A stretch of DNA of 40,658 bases from Candidatus Nomurabacteria bacterium. GTDB taxonomy: Bacteria > Patescibacteriota > Patescibacteriia > UBA1558 > GWA2-36-10. The stretch is from positions 185,947 to 226,604 of the forward strand of contig JACKFO010000002.1 in assembly GCA_020632415.1 (NCBI GenBank), read 5' to 3'. A model generated the notes under the pieces. It worked only from the letters and a program-made list of their open reading frames with translations, did no database searches and was not told the DNA's origin. Below, one piece after another: positions 15,844-23,028 of the stretch. Position numbers and translations under genes: made by a program. Position 1 is the first letter of the stretch. Each line of letters starts with the position of its first letter.

Positions 15844-15873
15844 TAGCCCTGGTTAATTCAGGGCTATTTTTTT
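15844..15873. terminator. Bidirectional rho-independent terminator
   Basis: TAGCCCTG (15844-15851) pairs with CAGGGCTA (15859-15866). AAAAAA lies on the left and TTTTTTT on the right. Confidence 0.7.
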
Positions 15874-15887
15874 GTTATTTTTTGGAT

Positions 15888-16274
15888 AAAAAAATGCCGC
15901 CCCAAGGAAGCCGAGGGGCGGCGAGGTTTTGTTGTGTGCGCGGGTTTTGGGCCACGCTACGGAGGGATTTTCTGGCGACGTGTCCTCATGAGAGTCCTCT
16001 GAGGTTTCGGATTGGGCATCGAGAGAGAGGGGTCTCTCGATTTAGGTTGTGCCCGTTGATGTGTCTGTCAGTGGAGGTGCTACTATTGCCTTACCTAAGG
16101 ACAATAGTAGCTAGATGGATCGAGGATGTTCGTGACGAAGGTCGATGTCCCCAATCGTCGAAACGACGGGGTAGTTGACCTTGTGGTCACGGCATCCAGG
16201 AACCAGCATCCGAGTCAAAAACCAATTGATGGTCGGCATGCATGCTCCTTTGGATTCCGTAGTTGAAGAACGAA
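15888..16274 (-). ncRNA. Candidate structured RNA A, about 385 nt and G+C-rich, bounded by a promoter and a terminator. Family not recognised. It may carry a 42-codon ORF at its 5' end.
   Basis: The minus-strand promoter is TTGACA (16304-16309), a 17-nt spacer, then TAATAT (16281-16286). The minus-strand terminator stem is GCCGCCCC/GGGGCGGC (15896-15922) followed by a 7-nt T-run. Internal near-perfect hairpins lie at 15984-16004, 16018-16041, 16080-16110 and 16149-16171. G+C is 55-65% by hand count over 15901-16020. Confidence 0.55.
16111..16239 (-). CDS. Possible 42-aa ORF (MPTINWFLTRMLVPGCRDHKVNYPVVSTIGDIDLRHEHPRSI) inside RNA A
   Basis: aaAGGAGcatgcATG gives 5-nt SD spacing. Third codon positions are G+C-rich. 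The stop codon abuts the 16080-16110 hairpin. No family was recognised. Confidence 0.3.
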   Translation of the reverse strand: MPTINWFLTRMLVPGCRDHKVNYPVVSTIGDIDLRHEHPRSI

Positions 16275-16370
16275 TGTTGTATATTAGCATACTATTCTAA
16301 TCTTGTCAAGCATTTTTAGCGTATTGCGATATTTTTAGCTAACATTAGTTAAATTATGTATTTTTTAAAT

Positions 16371-16620
16371 AAAAAATGAGCTCTCCCAGGGGAAGAGCTC
16401 GTGGCGGGTTGTCGTGGATCTTCGGTTCTTGGTGTTCATCCAAGGTGCCTAGGTCAGCCTAGGTCAGCCTAGACGATGACCCGATGCAAGCATCTTGTGT
16501 GAACAGAACGTCAATCCAATAACCCTTGAACACTGAAAGTGTCCATCGTGTTGCCGAGGCAACTGGCCAACATGTAAGGAGTTGTAGGCCGTCAAAGAAC
16601 GTCCACAGACACGTCCGTGG
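16371..16620 (-). ncRNA. Candidate structured RNA B, about 250 nt and G+C-rich, bounded by a promoter and a terminator. Family not recognised.
   Basis: The minus-strand promoter is TTGACA (16650-16655), a 17-nt spacer, then TAAAGT (16627-16632). The terminator hairpin lies at 16378-16400 and is followed by a T-run on the minus strand. Local hairpins include GUUGC-cucg-GCAAC, GGACAC-uuuca-GUGUUC, CCACGG/CUGUGG and CUUGG/CCAAG. No SD-led ORF is present. Confidence 0.5.
16447..16472. repeat. Tandem repeat with a 10-nt unit, 2.6 copies (gcctaggtca), inside RNA B
   Basis: gcctaggtca gcctaggtca gcctag creates two palindromic CCTAGG sites 10 nt apart. Confidence 0.8.
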
Positions 16621-16626
16621 ATATTT

Positions 16627-16677
16627 ACTTTATAACAAGCTTTTTCTTTTGTCAAGATGCTTAAAAAATTGTATAAT
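16627..16677. promoter_or_regulatory. Back-to-back divergent promoters sharing one -35 region, TTGTCAA
   Basis: Plus strand: TTGTCA (16649-16654), 17 nt, TATAAT (16672-16677), serving the EamA gene. Minus strand: TTGACA (16650-16655), 17 nt, TAAAGT (16627-16632), serving RNA B. Confidence 0.55.
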
Positions 16678-16708
16678 ATAGGCAAGATTATTTTTGAAAA
16701 TAAAAAAT

Positions 16709-17641
16709 ATGGATTGGATCATTATTGCGATTGCAGCTTATTTAATTTTGGCTATCGTTAATTTGGCAGATAAGTTTCTTTTGGAAAATTTAGTACCCAG
16801 TACCAAGACCTATGCCTTCTTAGTCGGAGTACTAGGAGCGATTGTCGTAGTTTTAGCACCTTGGTTTTTAGAGTGGCCGGGTTTCTTTTTACTTTTAGGA
16901 AATTTAATTGTTGGCGCTTTGTTTCCAATTGCTTTATTGCTTTTGTATCACGCTTTAAAAATTGGCGATGCTTCAAAAATTATTCCTTTGATTGGCGGCA
17001 TGATGCCAGTCTTTACTATTTTATTAGCCTTGTTATTTTTGGGTGAAGTTTTTACTGGCCTTCAATGGCTAGCTTTATTCCTCTTGTTGTTAGGTACCGT
17101 GCTTTTAGCTTGGTTGCCAAGTGGGCATAGTTTATGGACCAAAGTTTTGATTTGGTTTGGCTTAGTTAAACAAAAAAACGCCATCGCCATTTTGACTGCT
17201 TTGGGTGCTAGCTTTATTTTTGCTGTATTTTTTGTCGGCACAAAGTATTTGTATCTAGATCAGTCTTTTTTTAGTGCTTTTATTTGGATTAGATTTGGAA
17301 CTTTATTATTTTCTTTGAGCTTGTTAATTCCAAAAAAGATTCGAGCAGAAATTTTTAAAGGTTTAAAGAGATTGAAAAATAAAAAAAGTATTTTGTTTTT
17401 TGGTAATCAAGGATTGGCTGCCGTAGGATTTTTGTTACAAAATTATGCGGTATTTTTAGGATCCGTAGCTTTAGTTTCTGCTCTGCAGGGAGTCCAGTAT
17501 TCATTTTTGTTAATTTTAGGAGGATTAATTTCTGTTTTTTATCCAAAGTTACTGCAGGAGGATATTTCAAAAGGAGTGATTATTCAAAAAATAGTAGCGG
17601 TTTCTTTAATTAGTCTGGGTTTATATTTTATTGTTAGCTAA
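16709..17641 (+). CDS. EamA/DMT-superfamily transporter
   Basis: About 10 TM helices arranged in two EamA-like halves. The ATG at 16709 is preferred over the listed TTG at 16694, but the start is uncertain. Confidence 0.8.
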   Translation: MDWIIIAIAAYLILAIVNLADKFLLENLVPSTKTYAFLVGVLGAIVVVLAPWFLEWPGFFLLLGNLIVGALFPIALLLLYHALKIGDASKIIPLIGGMMPVFTILLALLFLGEVFTGLQWLALFLLLLGTVLLAWLPSGHSLWTKVLIWFGLVKQKNAIAILTALGASFIFAVFFVGTKYLYLDQSFFSAFIWIRFGTLLFSLSLLIPKKIRAEIFKGLKRLKNKKSILFFGNQGLAAVGFLLQNYAVFLGSVALVSALQGVQYSFLLILGGLISVFYPKLLQEDISKGVIIQKIVAVSLISLGLYFIVS

Positions 17642-18654
17642 TGATTTTAAAGATCTTAAAAATGTGGAAAATTCTTCTTGTCTTCTTGATTTTGTTTTGG
17701 TTGGTTTGGTTTTTAAAATTTGCTAAGCATTATCCAAACACGGAAAATATCGAAGCAAACCGAGATTTTTGGGGACTTACTTTTTCTACAAAATTTGCCA
17801 AGAGCATTGATTTGGATTGGGAGGCAGCTTATCTGGCTATTTTGGATGATTTGCAAGTTTCTTATATTCGTTTACCGATCTACTGGGATGAGGTGGAAAA
17901 AATTCGAGGAGAGTTTGATTTTAAGGATTATGATTTTATTTTAAATGAAGGTCAAAAAAGAGGAGTGAAGTTTGTTGTTAATATCGGGGCTCGTTTACCT
18001 CGTTGGCCAGAATGTCATTTACCCGCTTGGTTAGAGTCAAGTAGTCAGGAAATAAAAAAGGCAGAAACTTTACAGATGTTGGAAATGTTTGTCGAGCGTT
18101 ATAAAGGCAGAGAAGAAATAATTTCTTGGCAAATTGAAAATGAGCCATTAGTTGATTGGTTTGGTACTTGTCCCAAAAGTGATGAAGAGTTTTTAAAGAA
18201 AGAAGTCGCTTTAGTAAAAAGTCTTGACCAAAGACCAGTGATTATTTCAGCTTCTGGTGAATTATCTTTGTGGAGCAGAGAAGCAAAAATTACTGACATT
18301 TTAGCTAACACTGTTTATCGAGTAGTTTGGAATCCAGTATTTAAATATTTTCGTTATCCACTGCCAGCTTGGTTTTATCAATTTAAGGCTAATCGAGTCA
18401 ACAAAACTGGTGAACAGATGATCGTCAGCGAGTTACAAGCCGAACCTTGGGTTCCTTATGGAAAAATGACAGATTTAAGTCTAGAGGAAATTAATAAATC
18501 TTTTAGCTTAGAACAATTTAAAGCAAATTTAGCTTTTGCTCAAAAAATTAATTTTGATCAAACTTATCTTTGGGGAGTTGAGTGGTGGTATTGGCAAAAA
18601 CTTTATGGCGATGATCAATATTGGCGTTTAGCAAAAACTCTTTGGCAAAACTAA
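17641..18654 (+). CDS. Membrane-anchored clan GH-A (GH5/GH42-like) glycoside hydrolase
   Basis: N-terminal TM anchor. WQIENEP carries the acid/base Glu in an NEP motif, and SELQAEPW is a candidate nucleophile. The start overlaps the upstream stop (TAATG). Confidence 0.7.
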   Translation: MILKILKMWKILLVFLILFWLVWFLKFAKHYPNTENIEANRDFWGLTFSTKFAKSIDLDWEAAYLAILDDLQVSYIRLPIYWDEVEKIRGEFDFKDYDFILNEGQKRGVKFVVNIGARLPRWPECHLPAWLESSSQEIKKAETLQMLEMFVERYKGREEIISWQIENEPLVDWFGTCPKSDEEFLKKEVALVKSLDQRPVIISASGELSLWSREAKITDILANTVYRVVWNPVFKYFRYPLPAWFYQFKANRVNKTGEQMIVSELQAEPWVPYGKMTDLSLEEINKSFSLEQFKANLAFAQKINFDQTYLWGVEWWYWQKLYGDDQYWRLAKTLWQN

Positions 18655-18669
18655 TTAATTTTATCTAAA

Positions 18670-18707
18670 ATCCCGTCCCGAGATGAACTCGGGGCGGGAT
18701 TGTTTTT
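18670..18707 (+). terminator. Rho-independent terminator
   Basis: ATCCCGTCCCGAG pairs with CTCGGGGCGGGAT (18670-18700). GTTTTT follows. Confidence 0.75.
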
Positions 18708-18720
18708 ATTTGGGCTTTTG

Positions 18721-18729
18721 TGTTATAAT
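18721..18729 (+). promoter_or_regulatory. Extended -10 promoter (TGTTATAAT)
   Basis: TGTTATAAT at 18721-18729, upstream of the GTG start at 18766. Confidence 0.55.
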
Positions 18730-18765
18730 TTAGTCAAGAAATCTTAAAATTAAGCAATTTTTCAA

Positions 18766-20790
18766 GTGATTAAGAAAATTTTTATTTTTAGTCTTTTCCT
18801 TGTTTTTTTAGGCCTTGCTTTTCCAAAAATATCGCAGGCTTGGCAACAAGACTATACGCCACGAGATCCAGATCTTCATTATCAAACTTATTTTGATTTG
18901 ATTAATATAAAGCCTAGTTGGTCTTATCAGCTGCAATTAAACAAAGAAGTGGTTGTGGCGGTTTTGGATTCTGGAGTTGACTTAAATCATCCAGATTTAG
19001 AAAATAATTTATGGCATAATCAAGGTGAGATATTTGGAAACAGTTTAGACGATGATCAAAATAGCTACATTGATGATTATTATGGTTGGGACTTTATTGA
19101 TAGTGACAACTGGCCGGAGCCTGTTTTGAATAATAATTATGACCGTACAGCCATTAATCACGGCACAGTAATCGCAGGAATTTTAGGAGCAATTAAAAAT
19201 AGCATTGGCGTTGTTGGTGTAGCGCCGCAAATTAAAATTATGCCTTTGAGAATTTTGGATTCTCGCGGTCAAGGAAACACCTTGGTTTTATCACAAGCGA
19301 TTAATTATGCTGTAGAGAACGGAGCAGATATTATTAATCTTAGTTTAGTTGGTACTTCTTATGACGAAACTTTAAAACAAGCGATTAAAAATGCTTATGA
19401 TCAAGGAGTAATGATTGTCGCTGCTTCTGGCAACGAAGAAAATCTGGGAGTTGATTTAGATGAGTATCCGCATTATCCAATTTGTGATTTTGATGGAATA
19501 AACAGAGTTTTAGGAGTTGCTGCTGTGGATCAAAATAAAAAACTTACTGCTTTTTCTAATTTTGGTGAAACTTGTATTGATATTTCAGCGCCGGGCTCTA
19601 ATTTTTATTCTACTGCTTATCAAAGTGATCAAGACACGGCCTTTCGTAGTTATTATAGCGGCGGTTGGTCTGGCACCTCAGTTGCCACGCCGGTGGTTTC
19701 AGCGGCAGCTGCTTTGATCAAAATGAATTATCCGCAGTTTAGACCAAATGATATTTACCAAATTATTAAAAATAGCGCGGCAAGTTTGAGATTTTCTAAT
19801 CCAAATAATTTTCAAGATCTAGGAAGTGGTTTACTTGATATTGGCGCAGCCTTGGATTTGGCAGAAAGTGTTTTTAATCAAAAAATATTTATTGTTTTAG
19901 CTCCAGACAAGGGTCTTGAGCCAAGAATAACTTTATTAAATGACCAAGGAGCAGAGGCTTCTAGTTTTTTGGCTTACAACGCTAAGTTTACTGGCGGGGT
20001 AAATATTGCTGTCGGCGATGTTAACGGTGATGGCTCAAAAGAAATCATCACCGCCCCAAAAGCTGGCGGCGGACCACATGTTAGAATTTTTGATGAAAGT
20101 GGTAATGTCTTGTCAGAATTTATGGCTTATGATCCATATTTTACCGGCGGGGTAAATGTTGAAGTGGGCGATATCAATGGCGATGGTCAACTAGAAATCA
20201 TCACCGCTCCAATGTCAGCTGGTGGACCACATGTTAGAATTTTTGACTGGCAAGGAAATTTAAGGCGACAATTTTTTGCTTATGATGACACTTATTTTGG
20301 CGGGGTAAATATTGCTGTTGGCGATGTTAACAATGACGATCAAGATGAGATCATCACTGCTCCTGCTGCTCGTTGGCAGCCAGAGCTTAGAGTTTTTGAC
20401 TGGGAACACAGAGTTATTAGTAAATTTTTAGCTTACGACGCAGAAATGAAAAGTGGCGTAAATGTCACCGTTGGTGATGTTAATGACGATGGTTGGGCGG
20501 AGATTATCACTGTTCCACAAAAAGATCAGATTGCTCACGTCAGAGAATTTAGCTTAAAAGGGAGAGAAAAAAATCAATTCGTGGCTTTTAATAGTCAGCT
20601 AAAAACAGGAGCTTCTATTATTGCTGCTGATTTATCAGGCGATACTTTGCCAGAGATTTTAGTCTTACCAAACAAAGGTTCAGCGGCTTTATTAAAATCT
20701 TATGATGCGACTGGCTTAGAAAAACAAAGTTTTTATTTGCGAGATGCAGCTGATAAAAACGGTTATCAAATTAGAATATTAAAATATTAG
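18766..20790 (+). CDS. Secreted subtilisin-like (S8) serine protease with a C-terminal FG-GAP/VCBS-type repeat region
   Basis: A signal peptide is followed by catalytic triad motifs VAVLDSGVD, HGTVIAGIL and GTSVATPVVS. Five repeats of about 51 aa then follow (F.AY....GGVN..VGDVNGDG..EIITAP...G.PHVR.F), spanning about 19966-20730. Confidence 0.88.
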   Translation: MIKKIFIFSLFLVFLGLAFPKISQAWQQDYTPRDPDLHYQTYFDLINIKPSWSYQLQLNKEVVVAVLDSGVDLNHPDLENNLWHNQGEIFGNSLDDDQNSYIDDYYGWDFIDSDNWPEPVLNNNYDRTAINHGTVIAGILGAIKNSIGVVGVAPQIKIMPLRILDSRGQGNTLVLSQAINYAVENGADIINLSLVGTSYDETLKQAIKNAYDQGVMIVAASGNEENLGVDLDEYPHYPICDFDGINRVLGVAAVDQNKKLTAFSNFGETCIDISAPGSNFYSTAYQSDQDTAFRSYYSGGWSGTSVATPVVSAAAALIKMNYPQFRPNDIYQIIKNSAASLRFSNPNNFQDLGSGLLDIGAALDLAESVFNQKIFIVLAPDKGLEPRITLLNDQGAEASSFLAYNAKFTGGVNIAVGDVNGDGSKEIITAPKAGGGPHVRIFDESGNVLSEFMAYDPYFTGGVNVEVGDINGDGQLEIITAPMSAGGPHVRIFDWQGNLRRQFFAYDDTYFGGVNIAVGDVNNDDQDEIITAPAARWQPELRVFDWEHRVISKFLAYDAEMKSGVNVTVGDVNDDGWAEIITVPQKDQIAHVREFSLKGREKNQFVAFNSQLKTGASIIAADLSGDTLPEILVLPNKGSAALLKSYDATGLEKQSFYLRDAADKNGYQIRILKY

Positions 20791-20791
20791 G

Positions 20792-21217
20792 ATGAAGTGG
20801 TTTGATGATTCTTTTGTGCTTAATTTTATTAGAAAAAATCCAGTTTTAGAACAGTTTATCAAGTTTGGTTTGATTGGTGCGTTTAATACTTTGGTAGATT
20901 TTGTTGGCTATTTGTTTTTTACTAGAGTTTTATTTTGGCATTATTTGCTTGCTGCTATTTTGGCTTTTGTTATTTCAGCTAGCTCTAGTTTTTTATTGAA
21001 TCGTTATTGGACCTTTAAAGTTACTGGGCTAAATTTTTTAAAAGAGTATTTTAAATTTTTTATTGTAGCACTTGGCGGTTTATTTTGGACTTTGATTTTG
21101 CTCTATGTCTTAGTCGATCATTTTTATTGGCATGATTTATGGGCAAAAATATTGACAACGGTCGTGGTAGTAAACTGGAATTTTTTCTTACAAAAATACT
21201 GGACCTTTAAAAAATAA
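20792..21217 (+). CDS. GtrA-family membrane protein, a candidate polyprenol-linked sugar translocase
   Basis: 141 aa with 4 TM helices and a GtrA-like pattern (FIKFGLIGAFNTLVDF...NRYWTFK). Confidence 0.85.
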   Translation: MKWFDDSFVLNFIRKNPVLEQFIKFGLIGAFNTLVDFVGYLFFTRVLFWHYLLAAILAFVISASSSFLLNRYWTFKVTGLNFLKEYFKFFIVALGGLFWTLILLYVLVDHFYWHDLWAKILTTVVVVNWNFFLQKYWTFKK

Positions 21218-21223
21218 ATTTTT

Positions 21224-21925
21224 ATGGAAATTAGTGTTGTGATTCCAGCTTTTAATGAAGAAAAAGTAATTTTACAAACTTTAACAGAAGTAAAATTTTT
21301 TTTATTAAAAAATTATCAAAGTTTTGAAATTATCGTTGTTGATGACAAGTCAACTGATCGCACCTTAGATTTATTAGAAAATTTTTCTGAAATTAAATTA
21401 TTAAAAAATCAAAAAAATCACGGCAAAGGTTACTCGGTCGCTAAAGGAGTGAAGGCAGCAAAGGGCGAATGGATTTTATTCATGGATGCTGATAATTCCA
21501 CTAAAATTAAAGAATTAAATAATTTTAAACCAGATTTAGAAGAAAATGATTTACTAATTGCCTCTCGAGCAGTTGCGGGGGCAAAGATTATTGACTCGCA
21601 AGCAAAATGGAAAGTTATTTTTGGGCGTTTAGGTAATAAATTAATTCAAATTTTGTTGTTACCAGGAATTCAAGATACACAATGTGGTTTTAAATTATTT
21701 CGTTCAGAATTAAAAGGTATTTTTGAACAATTAACAATTGAAGATTGGGGTTTTGATTTCGAGCTATTATTTTTAGCGAGAAAGAAAAATTTTAAAATTA
21801 AAGAATTGCCAGTAGAGTGGTTAAATAATCAAGATTCAAAAGTAAAATTTTCTACTTATTTCAAAACTATCTTGCAAGTTTTGAAAGTAAGAGTGAATTA
21901 TTTTTTAAATAAATATCAAATCTAA
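21224..21925 (+). CDS. GT2 polyprenol-phosphate glycosyltransferase (DPM1/GtrB-like)
   Basis: VVIPAFNEE, VVDDKSTD and a FMDADNS DxD motif. The short 233-aa soluble form is typical of the family. Confidence 0.88.
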   Translation: MEISVVIPAFNEEKVILQTLTEVKFFLLKNYQSFEIIVVDDKSTDRTLDLLENFSEIKLLKNQKNHGKGYSVAKGVKAAKGEWILFMDADNSTKIKELNNFKPDLEENDLLIASRAVAGAKIIDSQAKWKVIFGRLGNKLIQILLLPGIQDTQCGFKLFRSELKGIFEQLTIEDWGFDFELLFLARKKNFKIKELPVEWLNNQDSKVKFSTYFKTILQVLKVRVNYFLNKYQI

Positions 21926-21935
21926 TCAAAAATTT

Positions 21936-22979
21936 ATGTTTAACAAAGCAACAAAAGGAAATAAAAATATTTTGGTTCTAGGAGGCGCTGGGTTTATTGG
22001 CTCACATTTGTGTGAAGTTTTAGTAGAAAGGGGAGATAATGTTGTTTGTGTAGATAATTTTGTTTCTTCTGACGTTGAAAACATTAAGAGTTTACTAGAA
22101 TATCCAAATTTTGAATTTGTCAGACACGATGTTTCAGAGGATATTGATTTGGATTCACTTCCTGATTTACAAAAATTTAGAGTTGAGGTTTATGGTTTTC
22201 AAGAAATTTATAATTTTGCTTGTCCAACTTCTGCTCGAGAGTATACAAAATTACCAGTAGAAACAGCTAAGGCAAATTCTTTAGGTGTAATTAATAGTTT
22301 GGAATTAGCTCAAAAATACAAAGCAAAGTATTTGCTTGCCTCTACGGCCGCCGTTTATGGCCAGCCACCTCAAGACGATTCAAAAGTAAAAGAGGATTAT
22401 TATGGCTTATTAGATTTTTTGGGACCACGCGCTTGTTATAACGAAGGTAAAAGATTTGCCGAAACTTTAGTTACTACTTATCGTGATTTTTATCATTTGG
22501 ACACTAAGATTGCGCGTATTTTTTCTACTTATGGTCCAAGAATGTTAGAGCACGCTGGCCGTCGGATTCCTGACTATATTCAAGAAGCAATTTCACAAAA
22601 AGAAGTTGTCATTGCTGGCGCTAAAGATTTAAGCTACAGTTTTTGTTATGTCAAAGATGTAGTTGAAGGTTTATTAGCTTTGATGAATTCAGAAATTAAA
22701 GAGCCAGTTAATCTAGGCGCCGAACAAGCTTATACTTTGACCTCTATTGTTGAAAAAATCATTGAGCTGACATCTTCACAGGCAGAAATTAAATATCGAG
22801 AAAATTTTGAGTATATTAATAAACCAGCAATTCCTGATATCTCTAAAGCAAAAACAGAATTAAATTGGTTTCCAATTGTTTCTTTGGAGGATGGTTTAAA
22901 GCATACTATTGATTATTTACAATCACGCTCTCGTTTGTATCAGCCATTTTTTAAACAAGAAAATCAAGAGAATCAATAA
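21936..22979 (+). CDS. SDR-family NAD-dependent sugar-nucleotide decarboxylase/dehydratase, UDP-glucuronate decarboxylase-like
   Basis: GGAGFIGSHL Rossmann motif, YNEGKR (YxxxK) and the UXS-like motif ARIFSTYGPRM. Confidence 0.78.
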   Translation: MFNKATKGNKNILVLGGAGFIGSHLCEVLVERGDNVVCVDNFVSSDVENIKSLLEYPNFEFVRHDVSEDIDLDSLPDLQKFRVEVYGFQEIYNFACPTSAREYTKLPVETAKANSLGVINSLELAQKYKAKYLLASTAAVYGQPPQDDSKVKEDYYGLLDFLGPRACYNEGKRFAETLVTTYRDFYHLDTKIARIFSTYGPRMLEHAGRRIPDYIQEAISQKEVVIAGAKDLSYSFCYVKDVVEGLLALMNSEIKEPVNLGAEQAYTLTSIVEKIIELTSSQAEIKYRENFEYINKPAIPDISKAKTELNWFPIVSLEDGLKHTIDYLQSRSRLYQPFFKQENQENQ

Positions 22980-23028
22980 GCTTTGGCTTATTACTTGGTG
23001 ATATTAATAAGTTAAATTTTTTTAGAGA

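Noticed and set aside
15882-16178. 98-aa plus-strand ORF (MDKKMPPQGSRGAARFCC...) across the G+C-rich block
   Set aside because: The sequence is Arg/Cys-rich and low in complexity, as expected from reading a G+C-rich structured region on the wrong strand. It has no SD and no plus-strand terminator, and it spans several perfect hairpins. The canonical promoter and terminator are on the minus strand. A weak TGtTATTTT box at 15873-15881 was noted but is not convincing.
16447-16472. Possible CRISPR or other spaced repeat array
   Set aside because: There are only 2.6 contiguous copies of a 10-nt unit, with no spacers and no cas genes in the window.
15888-16620. Identification of RNA A or RNA B as RNase P RNA, tmRNA, SRP RNA or 6S RNA
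   Set aside because: The sizes would fit. However, I could not find the conserved RNase P P4 strands (GAAAGUCC, ACAGAA..CGGCUUA), a tmRNA acceptor/T-arm with a CCA-proximal end, or the SRP helix-8 GGAA-loop motif on either strand. I left them unassigned rather than naming a family. A covariance-model search is needed.
16464-16685. 73-aa minus-strand ORF overlapping RNA B
   Set aside because: Its start codon lies upstream of the predicted minus-strand -35 and -10 elements, so it would not be inside the predicted transcript. It has no SD, and the sequence has no recognisable features.
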